From the IMG/VR virus record IMGVR_UViG_3300017560_000174, positions 1 through 30,580 of that record: DNA of 30,580 nt; one strand, 5' to 3'. Positions 18,096-25,706 of this stretch are shown here, piece by piece. The stretch is from a virus (taxonomy: Duplodnaviria; Caudoviricetes). The translations under genes were made by a program, and so were the position numbers. The stretch's first letter is position 1. Every line of letters starts with the position of its first letter. Under the pieces are notes generated by a model. That model had not been told where the DNA came from. It searched no databases and saw only the letters and a list, made by a program, of their open reading frames with translations.

Positions 18096-20998
18096 GCGCC
18101 CACCAGCGAAAATGCAGGATCATCCCACGGCGAGGTCGGCTCGACGGCCTCGAACTCGTTATGCGCGGCGCCGACAGCCTGCGCGATCGACACCATGCCA
18201 TCAATGCGGCCACGGCTCCGGCGCTTATCGAACGCCCGGTTGTTCATCGGGTCCGCAACGATGATTGCATTCGACGCGCACATCGTCGTCACCGGATTCT
18301 TGTCGATGATGATAGAGCCGTTGAGGATGGCGTCCTCCAGCTTCTCAATCGACTTCGGCATGCACAGCGCGCGTTCGACGAATACGATGCGCGTGCCCTG
18401 GCCGTGCCGCACCAGCATCAGGCCGTCGCCGGCCGATTCGTCCGGCCCCTCAAATTTCCACACCGCGAAGTCGATACGGCCGCAGGCGTCGATGAAGTCG
18501 TCTATCTTCGCCGGATCGAAGGCTAGAAATCGCACATCATGGCCGGCATCAACCAGCCCCTTCACCTTGTTGGCGACGAACTCGTAATCGATTGTCGCGC
18601 CCGGCACCGCCGCAAGGAAACCTTGATCGGCCCATTGGTCATAAGGCGCGTTATCGTCACGCGCGCGATCATGGATGCCGCTCTTGGTCGTGAAGTACCA
18701 CGTCTTGACGTAGAGCTTATCGTCCTTGCGCCAGCAGGCCGTCAGCGCCGTCAGGTCATTCTTCTTCGACAGGTCGAGTCCGAGCCAGCACGGCGCGCCA
18801 AGCAGATCGGCCTCGTCAAATGTGCCCAGACAACTTTCCCACGCCTCCTGCGTCGTCCAGAAGCCTTCCGTACCGACCGGGATGCCGAAATAGAGGCGCT
18901 TCGTCGCCAGCGCCTCGGATAACATCAACTTGGCTGTCGCAACCCTTTTGCGGATATTGTCGATCGGATAGGTGACACCGAGCGCTGGCAGCGCCTTCTC
19001 CCACACCGCCTCGTTATCGAACACGGTCTCGCGATCGTTTTTATCCACGCGAGCGATGAAGCCGAACAAACTGTCGTCTTCGGCCTGGTCGGTCACGACT
19101 TTCTGAAACAGTTCCGAATATTCGGTCCCAACGATCTGGTTTGACGCCGGCGTATTCGTGCCTAGCACCATCAGCGGGTCGCCGGACATCTTGTCGATGG
19201 CCGCTTTCCAGATCTGCAGCGCGTAAGCAGTCTTGAACTCATGGATCTCGTCGGCCAGCACCGCATAGGGCCGCGGACCGGAAATGGAATCCACCGACGC
19301 CATCGACATGAATTTCGAGCTGGTCGCGGGGTGCTCGATCTTCCACGCATGGTCACCGGTGCCGCGGATCACGACGTCGCCGCGGCTTTCCAGCGACTCA
19401 AACTCATCCTCATCCCGACCCGGCAGGTTCGCGCGGCACATCGCCACTGCGTCCTTGAAAAGAACGTTGGCCTGATCCTTGTCGCCGGCGATCGCGTAAA
19501 CCTCCGACCGCTCCTTGGCGGCGAAGCCCATCATGTCGATGCCGATACCGGCCATTAGCGGGCTATTGTGCGTCGGGATCATGCTCTGGCCGCACAGAAA
19601 CATTTGCGACGGCGAATCCACCGAAATACACCTGACGGGGATCGGCGCGATCCTTTCGCATCCTACGATCTTCCGGTCACCTGATAGACGGCGGCGGCCG
19701 TGAACATGCGCAACGCGCCCCTGCTTTCGTGCCAGCCGGAACACCTGCGTTCCCGACGCGTAGAAATTTACATGATAGCTTGCGCCAACATGCTGACCGT
19801 TGAGCGTCGCCCGCTTTGTGATCAGTGTGGCCTTAAGACCGAGCGACAGAGCAAGCTCATGAACGCCCTTCGTCAACGCCTCGTTCGTGTTGCAGAATGA
19901 ACACTGGCCGCCGCTTACGGTGCCATCGGTGTCCATCAGGCCTTGCAAAAGAGCAAGCCGCTGCGCTCTCGATGCGCGCAGGTAGATTGCCGGAATGTGC
20001 TTGTTTCGGATGAGGCCAAGGCGATTCAGCCGAGACTGCAACCCGGTTCGACTAGCCGCTTCAATTCCAATCCGATAACGACCAGCGCGGTCGCCCTGTC
20101 CTTTCCGCTCACCGACGATGGCCCCGGCAGACCGGAGCGCCGCGATCGACTCCGCTGCGTCAGCGTCGGAAATGGTAACGCGCGGACAGTCGCTGTCCCC
20201 GTCTCCAAGCCAGAAGCCAAGCAGATACGGCGGTATAGACAAGCCCGCTTCCGGCAAATCGAGCGCGCCAGCGAGAGCGACGCTATGATTTGCGGATAGG
20301 TATTGGCCGTTTCGATAGCGGAGCGTCGCCGCAATCTCTGCCGTCGTTCGGATGCCTTTGCGCCATTTGCCCCGCTGCGCCAGAGGAACCCTGCGGGTTG
20401 CATCTCCGTGTCCACCATTGCCGGACTTGCGCATTTCCGTCTGCCACAGATGACCAGCATCAGCGACAACCGTAGAGCCGTCATCGAAGGTGACGCGGTA
20501 GCACTCGCGATCCGTCAGAATTTCATGGGCCTTCAGAACCCGGCACGGCTTGCCGTTCTCGTCCAGCACAGCATCGCCGGTCTGGATTTCTCCCATCGTG
20601 GTCCAGCCGGTCGGCGTCGGTATGGGTGTATCGAGTGCTAAAGCTTTTGCCTGCCCCTTACCCGTTTCCAGCCAGGCCATCCGAAAACGCCTGAGCCCAT
20701 CCGCTCGCTGCCAGCCGAACAGCGATGCCACCGTGAAGGCGTGCCAGGGCAATAGGTTGAATGGCTTCCCGGCTGCTGAGCCTTCCGTAACAGTCAGAAC
20801 CGCCGGGAAGAACCCGCAATGGTGCTTTGCCTTCCCCACATCGAAGCGCAGGCCTCGCGCCGAACCACTGTCGAGGTCTTTGAGATGGCGGGCACACGCT
20901 GCCTTCACCAACTCGCCAGCGACAATCTTTCCATCCAGCGCCTGGCAGGCGTAGCGCGTCGCCGGGTCGTTAGCCGCTGGCTTTGCCGAGATACGCAT
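18092..20998 (-). CDS. terL: Terminase large subunit (intein-containing precursor; extein ~608 aa)
   Basis: Walker A GKGQAK|S split by intein; Walker B VLADEIHE; nuclease motifs GLDLS..NDLTA and RIDG. Confidence 0.95.
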   Translation of the reverse strand: MRISAKPAANDPATRYACQALDGKIVAGELVKAACARHLKDLDSGSARGLRFDVGKAKHHCGFFPAVLTVTEGSAAGKPFNLLPWHAFTVASLFGWQRADGLRRFRMAWLETGKGQAKALALDTPIPTPTGWTTMGEIQTGDAVLDENGKPCRVLKAHEILTDRECYRVTFDDGSTVVADAGHLWQTEMRKSGNGGHGDATRRVPLAQRGKWRKGIRTTAEIAATLRYRNGQYLSANHSVALAGALDLPEAGLSIPPYLLGFWLGDGDSDCPRVTISDADAAESIAALRSAGAIVGERKGQGDRAGRYRIGIEAASRTGLQSRLNRLGLIRNKHIPAIYLRASRAQRLALLQGLMDTDGTVSGGQCSFCNTNEALTKGVHELALSLGLKATLITKRATLNGQHVGASYHVNFYASGTQVFRLARKQGRVAHVHGRRRLSGDRKIVGCERIAPIPVRCISVDSPSQMFLCGQSMIPTHNSPLMAGIGIDMMGFAAKERSEVYAIAGDKDQANVLFKDAVAMCRANLPGRDEDEFESLESRGDVVIRGTGDHAWKIEHPATSSKFMSMASVDSISGPRPYAVLADEIHEFKTAYALQIWKAAIDKMSGDPLMVLGTNTPASNQIVGTEYSELFQKVVTDQAEDDSLFGFIARVDKNDRETVFDNEAVWEKALPALGVTYPIDNIRKRVATAKLMLSEALATKRLYFGIPVGTEGFWTTQEAWESCLGTFDEADLLGAPCWLGLDLSKKNDLTALTACWRKDDKLYVKTWYFTTKSGIHDRARDDNAPYDQWADQGFLAAVPGATIDYEFVANKVKGLVDAGHDVRFLAFDPAKIDDFIDACGRIDFAVWKFEGPDESAGDGLMLVRHGQGTRIVFVERALCMPKSIEKLEDAILNGSIIIDKNPVTTMCASNAIIVADPMNNRAFDKRRSRGRIDGMVSIAQAVGAAHNEFEAVEPTSPWDDPAFSLVGA
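19565..20644 (-). mobile_element. Class-3 intein (360 aa) with LAGLIDADG homing endonuclease
   Basis: Begins ALALDTPIPTPTGW (Ala1); block B DAGHLW; block F VRCISVDSP; block G IPTHN|S; endonuclease motifs YLLGFWLGDGD and LLQGLMDTDG. Confidence 0.92.
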
Positions 20999-21404
20999 CA
21001 GATGGACGCTCCCGACGCTGCTTCCGCTCTGCCTTCACAGCCGAGCCGCGCCGTCGCGGCGAAATGCCAAGCTCGGATTCCAGCGTTGCCGCATCGGCGC
21101 CGGCCTCGCGCATCGCCGTGAAAAACGGGCTGATCCGCGCAATCGCCTTGCTGTTGCCGCGGCGCGGCTTGGTCACAACCCCGTTCTCGGCGACCTGCCG
21201 ATACATCCGGTCGAACATCAGGTAGGCGCAGACGAGGCGCTGAATCGAGTGACCATTCGCTGCAGCAAGCAACTGCCGGTCGCGCATCTCGATCGTGATG
21301 ACGCGCCAGTGTTCGCGGGCGGCCTCGATCTCCAGCGGATCGGAGAACAGGGATTCCCAATCCGGCTCCGGGACGATCGCGCCGCTGCCTTCGATAACGT
21401 TCAT
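20970..21404 (-). CDS. terS: Terminase small subunit (P27-like)
   Basis: 144 aa upstream of terL; ELGISPRRR C-terminal motif. Confidence 0.88.
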   Translation of the reverse strand: MNVIEGSGAIVPEPDWESLFSDPLEIEAAREHWRVITIEMRDRQLLAAANGHSIQRLVCAYLMFDRMYRQVAENGVVTKPRRGNSKAIARISPFFTAMREAGADAATLESELGISPRRRGSAVKAERKQRRERPSDAYLGKASG

Positions 21405-21411
21405 GACACCT

Positions 21412-21530
21412 CATCCCCCTACGGGGGATGGCCCCAACTTTTTGTTCTGAAACTGGTCTCGGCGAAAACGGAGGGGGGCCGCAGGCTTATGGGCCATGCA
21501 AGGCAACTTTTTGCCCTCCCCCTCACCCCA
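21412..21530. other. Putative cos/packaging region
   Basis: Between HNH and terS; G-run GGGGGAGGG (minus strand); CAACTTTTTG direct repeat at 21435-21444 and 21504-21513; CATCCCCC/GGGGGATG inverted repeat at 21412-21430. Confidence 0.5.
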
Positions 21531-21849
21531 TGGCAGGATTTTTTCGAGCGGGAATTCACAGGGGCCGCATTTTTCAGGCCGAGATTTCACATACAACGGC
21601 CGTTTAATCTTCAAATTCTAACGAGCGGAACAGAACGAAACTCGTCAGTTTGGAGCCCCGTGGCACTCATTCGACAATTCTCGAAACCGACTTTAAGCGC
21701 CCCGGCCTTCCTGGCCAGAGAACGCCATTTCATTGGCCGCTGGGCAACCAGCAGGTTCCCGCTGTAGTCTTGTAGCCGATCTCCACTGAGGCAATCGCTG
21801 TAATCTCGATGCGACCGGAAAGCCGAAAAGAAAGGAAAGGACCCCTGAT

Positions 21850-22086
21850 ATGACCGCAGACCGCCCAGAACCGACCGACAAGCAAACTGCGAAGGGCTCC
21901 CCCTTCAATGAGGACGCTCCGAAACTGCACGACAACATCCAGCAGACCTGCAGCAGTCCGAATGTCGAGAGCCCCAAGGAGGCGGTTACCCTTCACGTAT
22001 CTCCCGACACTATCGAGAAGTTCATGGCAGCGGGGAAGGACTGGCGAGCTAAGATGGCCAAGGCGTTGGAGCGTGTGAAGTTATAG
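21850..22086 (+). CDS. BrnA-family antitoxin-like RHH protein (no toxin partner seen)
   Basis: AGGAAAGG RBS; C-terminal PKEAVTLHVSPDTIEKFMAAGKDWRAKMAKAL fits the BrnA pattern PK..VTLRLDPDV...F.A.G..WQ.R.N.AL. Confidence 0.7.
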   Translation: MTADRPEPTDKQTAKGSPFNEDAPKLHDNIQQTCSSPNVESPKEAVTLHVSPDTIEKFMAAGKDWRAKMAKALERVKL

Positions 22087-22485
22087 CCTGGCTATCTGGC
22101 GCAAAACGGAATTCCACGGATGATCTGGGTCTACCGGCCTGCCATGGATATCCGATCCAATCAGATGGCCCCTCGCCTCCTCACGCTGAATGAGTGCGTC
22201 ATGGTGCTCTTTGCAGACGCTTTCAAAGTTGGCGGGATCAACGAATAGGCTCCAGTCGCCTTTGTGCGGCCTTCGGTGGTTCACCACGTTTGCAGCAGTG
22301 ACTTTACCCTGAGCGAGACAACGCTCGCACAAGGGCTGCTTAACAAGTTGAGCAGCCCTTAGGCGTCGCCATCGGCTGCCCTTGTACCAAGTGCTCCACA
22401 AGCGCGCAGGGCGCTGCAACTGAACAAAACGTTGAAGCCGGTTCCGTGTGTTGGGATTTATCAAGAAAGTCGGTTCCTGCATCAA
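22081..22485 (-). CDS. HNH endonuclease (HK97 gp74-like terminase cofactor); start uncertain
   Basis: WY...RW..LR..QL..QPLCERC, VVNH..PHKGD..LF.D..N..SVCKEHHD and GRPVDPDHPWN motifs. Confidence 0.85.
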   Translation of the reverse strand: MMQEPTFLINPNTRNRLQRFVQLQRPARLWSTWYKGSRWRRLRAAQLVKQPLCERCLAQGKVTAANVVNHRRPHKGDWSLFVDPANFESVCKEHHDALIQREEARGHLIGSDIHGRPVDPDHPWNSVLRQIARL

Positions 22486-22507
22486 CTAAGCTCGCCCGTC
22501 GCGCGTT
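22482..22507 (+). promoter_or_regulatory. Degenerate sigma-EcfG-like promoter for KGG gene
   Basis: TCAAC-N17-CGTT versus consensus GGAAC-N16/17-CGTT. Confidence 0.4.
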
Positions 22508-22544
22508 GGACAACCGATACTCACTCGAAAACGGAGGACGCAGA

Positions 22545-22760
22545 ATGGCACAGGAACAACGCGGTGGATCAGGTAACTTTGCCAACGACCCTCAACGCGC
22601 ATCGGAGGCCGGCCAGAAAGGTGGCCACCACAGCCACGGCGGACAGCAGCAGCAAGGCGGCGGTTCGCATGGGCAGCAGGGTGGAAGCGGCAACCCTGGC
22701 AATTTCGCAAACGACCGAGAGAAAGCTAGCGAAGCCGGCCGCAAAGGCGGACAGAGCTAG
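22545..22760 (+). CDS. KGG-repeat stress-induced protein (YciG-like hydrophilin)
   Basis: ATG 22545 after GGAGG; two GNFAND..(R/K)ASEAG.KGG repeats; 71 aa, Gly/Gln rich. Confidence 0.92.
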   Translation: MAQEQRGGSGNFANDPQRASEAGQKGGHHSHGGQQQQGGGSHGQQGGSGNPGNFANDREKASEAGRKGGQS

Positions 22761-22771
22761 TCCCACGCAAG

Positions 22772-22800
22772 TAAGCCCGCCGCAAGGCGGGCTTATTTTG
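22772..22800 (+). terminator. Intrinsic terminator after KGG gene
   Basis: TAAGCCCGCC-GCAA-GGCGGGCTTA then TTTT. Confidence 0.85.
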
Positions 22801-22819
22801 CGACGCTAAGTGCGCGCGG

Positions 22820-22844
22820 GGAACTTGGATAGCTCACGGTTGTT
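22820..22844 (+). promoter_or_regulatory. sigma-EcfG-like promoter for cytoplasmic PRC-barrel gene
   Basis: GGAAC-N16-TGTT, 23 nt before ATG. Confidence 0.65.
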
Positions 22845-22867
22845 ACCTCCCTTTTAAGGAGGTCCAA

Positions 22868-23230
22868 ATGGCGACAGAAACGCGAGAGACAGCCGGCCTT
22901 ATCGCGAGCGATAAAGTCGATGGCACCAACGTCTATGGAATGGATGGCGAAAAAATCGCCTCTATTGAGAGTGTCATGATCGGCAAGACGGACGGCCGAG
23001 TCGCCTACGCAATCTTAAGCTTCGGCGGCTTCCTCGGAATCGGCGACGATCACTACCCCCTGCCATGCCAACAGCTCAACTACGATACCGAACTCGGAGG
23101 CTACCGAGTGAACCTGACCAAAGAACAGCTGGAAAATGCTCCGAAGTACTCAGGTAACTGGGACTGGGACGACCGCGAAAGAAGCCGAATGGTATCGGAC
23201 TATTACGGCGCACCGTGGATCGGCTATTAA
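22868..23230 (+). CDS. PRC-barrel domain protein (cytoplasmic)
   Basis: LIASDKVDGTNVY...GEKI..IE.VMI.K..GRVAYAILSFGGFLGIGDDHYPLP...L.YD. Confidence 0.92.
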   Translation: MATETRETAGLIASDKVDGTNVYGMDGEKIASIESVMIGKTDGRVAYAILSFGGFLGIGDDHYPLPCQQLNYDTELGGYRVNLTKEQLENAPKYSGNWDWDDRERSRMVSDYYGAPWIGY

Positions 23231-23237
23231 AGAACAA

Positions 23238-23265
23238 GAGCTCGGCCCCACACCGGGCCGAGCTC
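23238..23265. terminator. Bidirectional terminator between convergent PRC-barrel genes
   Basis: GAGCTCGGCCC-N6-GGGCCGAGCTC, 11-bp stem; U-rich tail on the minus strand, weaker on plus. Confidence 0.75.
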
Positions 23266-23287
23266 GCTCTTCAGTTTTCACGTTCGG

Positions 23288-23698
23288 CTACTTCGCCCAC
23301 TTCCCTTCATATTTAAACTCTGGTGCCGTCTTCAGGTTGTCCTTTGTCGCATCCATTTCAGCGGTCCACTTCTTGTCGTTCTCAGAATAATTTACCCGCA
23401 ACGACGGAGGCGAGACGACAACATAGCGCTCGCCCATTCCCAAAAAGCCGCCGACCGAAACGATGTAACCGGAGAACTTCCCGTCCGATGAGATAAGGAG
23501 GTCCTCGATTTCACCGATCGTTTCGCGATTGGGGTTGGTGATGTTCAAGCCGATAAGGCTCCGAGCCAGGACGTCCGAGGGCTTGGCGGCAACGTAAGTG
23601 TGAGTTGTTGTCGCCGTTGGCGCCGGTGGTGCGTTCTGAGCCAGCGCTGGCACGACCAGCGCCGTAGCCAGAGCCAGCGTAAGGGCCAGGCATTTCAT
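23288..23698 (-). CDS. Exported PRC-barrel domain protein
   Basis: Start MKCLALTLALATALVVPALA|Q (signal peptide, GAGGA RBS); LIG..I.N...ETIGEIEDL...YIVSVGGFLGMGERYVVV; T...LK.APEF. Confidence 0.9.
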   Translation of the reverse strand: MKCLALTLALATALVVPALAQNAPPAPTATTTHTYVAAKPSDVLARSLIGLNITNPNRETIGEIEDLLISSDGKFSGYIVSVGGFLGMGERYVVVSPPSLRVNYSENDKKWTAEMDATKDNLKTAPEFKYEGKWAK

Positions 23699-23733
23699 GT
23701 GGTTTGTCCTCGTCACTAGGGATGTGGCAAGGC

Positions 23734-23759
23734 AACACGGGATATAGCGAGGAAGTTCC
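23734..23759 (-). promoter_or_regulatory. sigma-EcfG-like promoter for exported PRC-barrel gene
   Basis: GGAAC-N17-TGTT on minus strand, just downstream of a terminator. Confidence 0.65.
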
Positions 23760-23772
23760 GCTATCCAGTAGC

Positions 23773-23807
23773 AAAACAAAACCCGCACCGGATTGCTCCG
23801 CGCGGGT
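23773..23807 (-). terminator. Intrinsic terminator (tR'-like)
   Basis: ACCCGCGCGGA-GCAA-TCCGGTGCGGGT followed by TTTGTTTT. Confidence 0.8.
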
Positions 23808-23837
23808 CGAACCAAATCACAAATCGGCAGTGTGGTG

Positions 23838-23867
23838 ATTTAGGGGTACTTTGCCCCCGGGGTCAAG
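23838..23867 (-). promoter_or_regulatory. sigma70-type promoter, putative late promoter (pR'-like)
   Basis: CTTGAC-N18-CTAAAT fits alphaproteobacterial sigma70 consensus; ~30 nt upstream of the terminator. Confidence 0.6.
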
Positions 23868-23875
23868 TGCCAATG

Positions 23876-24271
23876 CTACCCGCGCACGCTGTCCACAGAC
23901 GGTGTGGATGAGACCTTCTCTTCGGACGGCGTAGCGCATGCAGTCAGATTGAATGCCGCTGACACAGACCTGACCGCAAGCAATCTCACCTGATCCGACG
24001 TCAGCCTGTAAACCTGCACGCCCGCGCTCGAGCAAACAACAAGTTCGCATTCTCCCGAATTTGGCTGCCGAAGCATGACACTCCGCGCCTCGATCTCGGC
24101 TGACTGGCGCAGCGCGAAAAGTGAGGCGACGGCGCGGTCATACTGCTGCCAGGCTCGGCAGGTGTAGCAATCAGGATCGAAGCTGGCGCAGCGCTCGCCA
24201 AGTGAATCCTGGATTGCAAATGCGATTAGGTCATTGCTGGGCGCGATCTCTCGCACGCGATCATCGATCAT
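23876..24271 (-). CDS. Hypothetical protein
   Basis: 131 aa ORF co-oriented with early operon; GERC..FDPDCYTCRAW Cys motif. Confidence 0.5.
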   Translation of the reverse strand: MIDDRVREIAPSNDLIAFAIQDSLGERCASFDPDCYTCRAWQQYDRAVASLFALRQSAEIEARSVMLRQPNSGECELVVCSSAGVQVYRLTSDQVRLLAVRSVSAAFNLTACATPSEEKVSSTPSVDSVRG

Positions 24272-24484
24272 TCTGACCTTTTCCCGGCTCTACGGTCACG
24301 TCTCGCGCTATATGAGCCCTGGTTCGATCCACCAAAAGGTCGACTTCGACGCTAAGCTTTTCGAGCGACACCGACATCTACAAGGACATGAAGACCGCCA
24401 AACACCACGCAACGAATACCACGCAGCGAACACCACGAACGCCACACAACAAAGCCCCACGCTCGCCACGCAACAAAATAATCC

Positions 24485-25102
24485 TCACGATAGAACCCCT
24501 GCGTTCTCCGACCTGACCGGCCGGCTGCCACCCGCAGACTTCCCCGCGAGTCGGAAGTGAAAAGACAGCGTCTGAAGGCACTCGCGCAGACGTCGGCCGT
24601 AATACTCAACGGCTCCGCGCGAGCCATCACCGCGCGCCACCGCAACGGCATCCATGCGCATTCGGCGACCAAGTACGTCGGTGCAAATTCGGTAGCCCTC
24701 CGTTCCCAGCTTCGTCCGGATCTCCGCCAGTTGTTTGACAGCTCGAAGATTGCGGTCAGAAATCATCTCGGGCACACCGCCACCGCCATCGACCGGGGTT
24801 TGAGACGTGTCGACCGATCGGGCGCCCGCGATCTCCGCAGCCTCAAGAAGCGCCTGAAACAACCTCCCGGCGCGGAAGCAAACCTCGCTGATCTGATGAC
24901 GAGCCCATAGCCGGGCCAAGTGATCGTCACGAATGGCGATCGTCACAAGCTGCCGAGGCTCGCCTGGTGCGTACCAGTCGCCGCGATGATCCTTTGATGC
25001 TGGCTCGACAAGCCCCATCGGGTTGCGCATACGGACCTGTGCGGTAACCGCGTCGCTCTTACGACGTCGAGAACGCCTCCTGTGAGCGCGGTGGTCAGTC
25101 AT
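24485..25102 (-). CDS. DUF6456-like putative late transcription regulator/antiterminator
   Basis: RDDHLARL..R.QI....F.AGR.F, D.S...VDGG and C-terminal HTH-like RMRMDAVA...RRLRECL..L; near the end of the early operon. Confidence 0.65.
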   Translation of the reverse strand: MTDHRAHRRRSRRRKSDAVTAQVRMRNPMGLVEPASKDHRGDWYAPGEPRQLVTIAIRDDHLARLWARHQISEVCFRAGRLFQALLEAAEIAGARSVDTSQTPVDGGGGVPEMISDRNLRAVKQLAEIRTKLGTEGYRICTDVLGRRMRMDAVAVARGDGSRGAVEYYGRRLRECLQTLSFHFRLAGKSAGGSRPVRSENAGVLS

Positions 25103-25706
25103 TCAATGCTCCGCAATCGAGTTCCTCCATTCGCTGCTCAATCCACGCAACACCGATGTCAGGGCCGGATACAAACCAGCCACTGGCATCGCAGATTGCC
25201 CACGCATCGACTTGCTTGAGCGCGCCGAATGCTCGACGACGCGTTACGCCGCACGGCTCCGGCGAGCCGAACGACAGGACAGCGCCGTCGGTTAGCATCA
25301 ACTCGGAAGACACCGCTCCCGGCAGTATGTCCTTGAACGCGGCCATTCGGTCATCTGGACGGCGCCGACGATCCACCAGGAAGATTTGAGAGAACGGTGA
25401 CGGGCTTTCGGCGTGACCGTTTCCGAACAGCTCCTCGCGTGGCGAGCGGCGGCAGCCTTCACGATCAGTGACAGCCCAATCCGCGAAGGTCTCGAGCGCT
25501 GGCCTGAGTTCCGCCACAACGTCATCAATCTCGGCATTGACGCGCCACCGCAGCGAAAGGCCATCGCGCCAAAGCGGACGGTTCACGTCGTAGCCAAGCA
25601 TCTCCGGCGTCGGCAGCTCGGTCGTCGCGTAGTAGAGCTCGTCGAGCTCCTCACCAGCCAGACGCAGCGATCGGGTCGTCTTGGCGTGGAGATAGATTTC
25701 ACGCAT
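25095..25706 (-). CDS. Hypothetical protein
   Basis: ATG 25706 (MREIYL); overlaps both neighbours; ~203 aa. Confidence 0.6.
   Translation of the reverse strand: MREIYLHAKTTRSLRLAGEELDELYYATTELPTPEMLGYDVNRPLWRDGLSLRWRVNAEIDDVVAELRPALETFADWAVTDREGCRRSPREELFGNGHAESPSPFSQIFLVDRRRRPDDRMAAFKDILPGAVSSELMLTDGAVLSFGSPEPCGVTRRRAFGALKQVDAWAICDASGWFVSGPDIGVAWIEQRMEELDCGALND

Noticed and set aside
13136-18587. Several 280-340 aa plus-strand ORFs (13136, 14621, 15596, 17559)
   Set aside because: Fully overlap well-supported head/neck genes on the opposite strand; no recognisable motifs
4775-20998. Gene transfer agent cluster
   Set aside because: Integrase, att, repressor switch, origin, HNH and cos-like region indicate a genuine prophage
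21627-21767. GGAAC-N15-AGTT motif followed by a ~35-aa ORF (GTG GCA CTC ATT..., MALIRQF)
   Set aside because: Promoter spacing is one short of consensus and the peptide has no recognisable features; too weak to call
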